DNA of 64,000 nt from NCBI GenBank assembly GCA_048772705.1, contig JBLWGC010000133.1, positions 124,001 through 188,000 on the forward strand, read 5' to 3'. Below, in pieces: positions 60,931 to 64,000 of the stretch. Position numbers and translations under genes: made by a program. The DNA comes from Leidyana gryllorum EB-2025a (taxonomy: Eukaryota; Protista; Apicomplexa). Position 1 is the stretch's first letter. Every line of letters starts with the position of its first letter. The notes below the pieces were generated by a model, which worked only from the letters and a program-made list of their open reading frames with translations, did no database searches and was not told the origin of the DNA.

Positions 60931-63118
60931 TCATGCGCTCACCGCCGGCGTGTAAACGGGCTTGGGGGCCTCGCCATTCATTTGATTTATGAGCTTCAAT
61001 GTCTCCATGTTGCTCGCCTGCTGTACCGCATCCGGCCCAGTGAAAGTAGCCATCGGGATAAACTGCTCCTTCCCAGCGGGGGGCGGCTCCACTTTAGCCT
61101 TCACAGGCTTCTTTGTTGTAGTCGTAGGAATGGCAGACTGCAGGGGCAAATTCGCTTCCTCCGGGGGACTGCCCACAGGCTCCTCACGGACACCGAAACG
61201 ATAACACTTCTGCACCAAGTTGTCATACTCATAACCTGGGCGACAGATCGGCACCGGCTTAGACCACAACAATTTCCGACACATCTGCGAATCCTGCACA
61301 TATTGGTATCCGTCGGGACACAGGACAATGGGAGTCTGAGTCTGAGGCAGCACACAGCTGGTACCCTTCAAGAAACCCTCGGCACAGCCCATAATCTTCG
61401 GCAAAATCTCCTGGAAGACGCAACGATCACCCTGAGCCACATAGGGGGCCACACAGCCCAGCTCGCCGTCGGCCAGAGCACGTCCCAGACACACTTGTTG
61501 ATCCTGACCAGCCAAAGTGAAGTCACGAGGACAGGTCACCTTAGCAGGCGATACTGCAATTTCCTCACAGTGCTGGGGGATGGCACCAGCGCCCTTCACA
61601 GGAGTCGAACCCGGGGGACAAGTGATCACAGGAGGCAACACTTCCGCCAGCACACAAGCGTTATCGGCAGCTTCGAATGTTCCGACCTCACAAGCAGGCA
61701 CAGTATCAGCCACAACTTCACCGTAACACATCTTGCTGACTCTGTCATAACTCAAACCTTTGGGACAAGTTGGTTCGGGCAAGAAGCTCTCAATGTGGAT
61801 ACATTGGTTCCCACGGGGGATGGCTCCCTCGGGACAAGCCAGTTGGGGTGGCACGAATTCGGTGGCAGCGCAGATTGCACCCCGAAGGCTGAAGCCAGGA
61901 GGGCAAACTTGCTCTTTGGGGATGCTGGAGCGTTTGTGGCAAGTTGCCTTATCAGCAAACACAAAGCCAGCAGGGCAGCTCTTTGCACCGGGTACGACTT
62001 CCTTGCCGTTTGTGCAGCCTCCCATTGCAGCTTTGGCCATGCCTCTCGGGCATTCCTCTCTGGGCGGGGTGGTTTCCTCTATCAAACACGAGTCACCCAA
62101 CGCTTCGGAGCCGGGAGGGCACGCAGCAGACGCAGGAGCGGTAATCTCTTGTTGGCAGAGATCGTCAGCGGAGGTGATGCGCCTGCGGAAAGCATAAATA
62201 GACGAACGGCTCGGATAGCTTACTGATCGGCACATTGGTGGAAGGGAAGAACAGAGCGTTCAACAGTGCACACACCTTCTGAGAAGACGCTGCCAGCGGG
62301 GCAAGCGAGTTCAGGTGTCACACGATGAGTCTGTACACACTTCTTCTCTCTCAAGGAGAAACCAACAGGACATTCTTCGGCGAACTGGAGAATTCGTTTC
62401 CGGGCACATTGATTCCCGATATTCTCAAAGCCAGATTCACACATTGCGATAGGAGTTGTTTCGATGACTTCAGCGCATACGCCTTGGGACAGCATTCCTG
62501 CATTGAAGGCACTGTCAACAGGGGCTGTGGGTACTACATTACCGCTGGCACACTCCAAGATTGGAGCAGTTTCCACATCCTTGGCGCAGCCGAATTCAGT
62601 GTGGTTATAAGCAGGAGGGCAGATCAATTGTTTGGGAGCTTCCATGCGGCGTTGACATCTGCCAGCTATGTCCTCATATCCTTCTGAGCAGTAGCGATCT
62701 GCTGGTCGCACACTGACCGTGCCACAAGCACCATCACTAAAAGTCCACCCTATGGGGCATCCTAACTCTGCCTGCTTCTCATCGTTCCTTTCACACCGCT
62801 GACGCTCCTGGTTGAGCTCGAATCCCTCTAAACAGAAAAACTCGGCATCATCAACATGAATACGTCTAGTGAGTTGCACCCGCTCTCTGTAGCGTCCACT
62901 GGTGGTTGGGCGAACAGTGGTGACCGCAGGTCTAGTCGATGGTTTTGGAGCAGATACACGAGGTAAAGCTGGTGGTGTCGTCGCCGCAGCCGGGGTCGGG
63001 GGAGGCGCGATCGGACCCTGCGATTGTACGAAACCTGCTGAAAGTCACTACGGAACATCATTCTCCACTCACTGATACCGAGACACGACCACAAACAAAC
63101 AAAATCGATAGTACGCAT
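60931..63118 (-). CDS. Oocyst wall protein (COWP/OWP)-like cysteine-repeat secreted protein, 3 exons
   Basis: Spliced signal peptide MRTIDFVCLWSCLG|FVQS, a Pro/Thr segment, then more than 20 units of CP-x-G-[FY]-x4-6-C with Cys about every 10-12 residues. Confidence 0.8.
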
Positions 63119-63212
63119 CCTGCAGCTCAACGAAAGGGCCTTAGTTAGCGCCCTGATCCATAGGGTGCGTTCTGTCGGAACCGGCACACACACGATTTTT
63201 CGGGGTTTTGGC

Positions 63213-63532
63213 ATGGCAGAAACCATCTTCTTCAGAAGCTATGTCCCTCAGGACCCCGAATTACGTAAACTTGCATTGCCTAAGCCCGACACAGGCGCGA
63301 TTGAGCGAGCAATTGAGGAAGAAATAGAGGAAGCCCTCGAACGGGCTCGCAAACAGGTAGGATCGAACAGGGTTCCAGATATGACCCTCTTAAGGATGTA
63401 ACCAAGCTCGTAACCCCTACGAAAGAAAATGCTGATATTAAGCGCGCTCTAGAAAAGAAGGTGGCAATTCTGAAACAACGAACGGACAAGGCAGTTTACG
63501 CCTTGGCACAAGCAAAAAACATGGAGGACTAA
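63213..63532 (+). CDS. Splicing factor Cwf18/CCDC12
   Basis: Contains FRSYVPQDPEL and PTKENADIKRALEKKVAILKQRTDKAV. 38-nt intron at 63357-63394. Confidence 0.8.
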
Positions 63533-64000
63533 AACGGGAAATGGCTTCCAGCAGGCGACCATCTAAGATCCTTTCCAGAAGGAATGCTATCGAAAGCAAT
63601 ATATCTAGGGTCGCGCTGGAGACGATAATACGCCCAGTGTCGGATCTGATGATCCAGCTGGGTCAGAAGGGGATCTTTGCACTGATATCTACCGCACTGC
63701 GTATGGTGCAGTAGCACAGACTGCGAGAGGTCACGATGGAATTGGGTTTTTGATGCTACCAATGGACTCACGCGAATGCAAGTTGGGCCTTGTGTTTGCA
63801 CGAACCCGACTCTGTCGTAGACATATGGGTCGTACACATCCTCTGGATGCTTCGGCGCTATCTCACTGCCAAAGGGTATCCCAGGGAACGCCTCCCTGAT
63901 GAGCCGGAAACCATCGGGGCACCAAGTCCGCCCTTTGTATCGAGTGTCATAGTGGCAATGTAGAGCTTTCAAGCCGAAGAATGTACTGGGATTGAAGTCA
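63529..64000 (-). CDS. 3' end of a hypothetical protein (runs off window)
   Basis: 147-aa ORF open toward the window edge. No family confidently recognised. Confidence 0.5.
   Translation of the reverse strand, partial: DFNPSTFFGLKALHCHYDTRYKGRTWCPDGFRLIREAFPGIPFGSEIAPKHPEDVYDPYVYDRVGFVQTQGPTCIRVSPLVASKTQFHRDLSQSVLLHHTQCGRYQCKDPLLTQLDHQIRHWAYYRLQRDPRYIAFDSIPSGKDLRWSPAGSHFPF

Noticed and set aside
60982-62226. 414-aa plus-strand ORF
   Set aside because: It is the antisense shadow of the COWP-like gene, has a non-ATG start and shows no recognisable protein features.
1-64000. Alternative genetic code, stop readthrough or frameshifted pseudogenes to explain fragmented ORFs
   Set aside because: Breaks examined in conserved genes resolve with short GT-AG introns (one GC-AG), and TAA, TAG and TGA all serve as true stops.

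Overview
This is eukaryotic nuclear DNA, very gene-dense and intron-rich (mostly 38-60 nt GT-AG introns). It most likely comes from an apicomplexan-type alveolate, gregarine/Cryptosporidium-like; this is inferred from an oocyst-wall-protein-like gene, NEDD8 ending LQLRGG, a ppGalNAc-T and an integrin-beta-like vWA adhesin. The ORF track fragments most genes, so about 33 spliced gene models were assembled by hand. They include TMUB-like, a PHD-like 2OG-Fe(II) oxygenase, ASCC2-like, ELMO-domain, Cwc24, XMAP215/ch-TOG, two Prx5-glutaredoxin hybrids, SMC2, an MKP-like pseudophosphatase, NEDD8, kinesin, IWS1, ppGalNAc-T, DPM2, Dis3L2, UBA1, CCT6, DnaJ, CAP, UBA3, the vWA adhesin, DeSI-PUB-UBA, transportin, RPL17, COWP-like and Cwf18. 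Four observations stand out. (1) A head-to-head duplicated pair of bacterial-type PGdx (peroxiredoxin-glutaredoxin fusion) genes shares one spliceosomal intron position, suggesting a domesticated horizontal transfer. (2) Compaction is extreme, with 20-60 bp intergenic gaps and overlapping stop codons. (3) A palindrome, CACACGTGTG, recurs inside introns of unrelated genes. (4) Several genes look like pseudoenzymes or have lost a domain. No rRNA, tRNA, CRISPR array or transposon was recognised. All family assignments come from motif recognition by eye, not database searches, and some termini are tentative.
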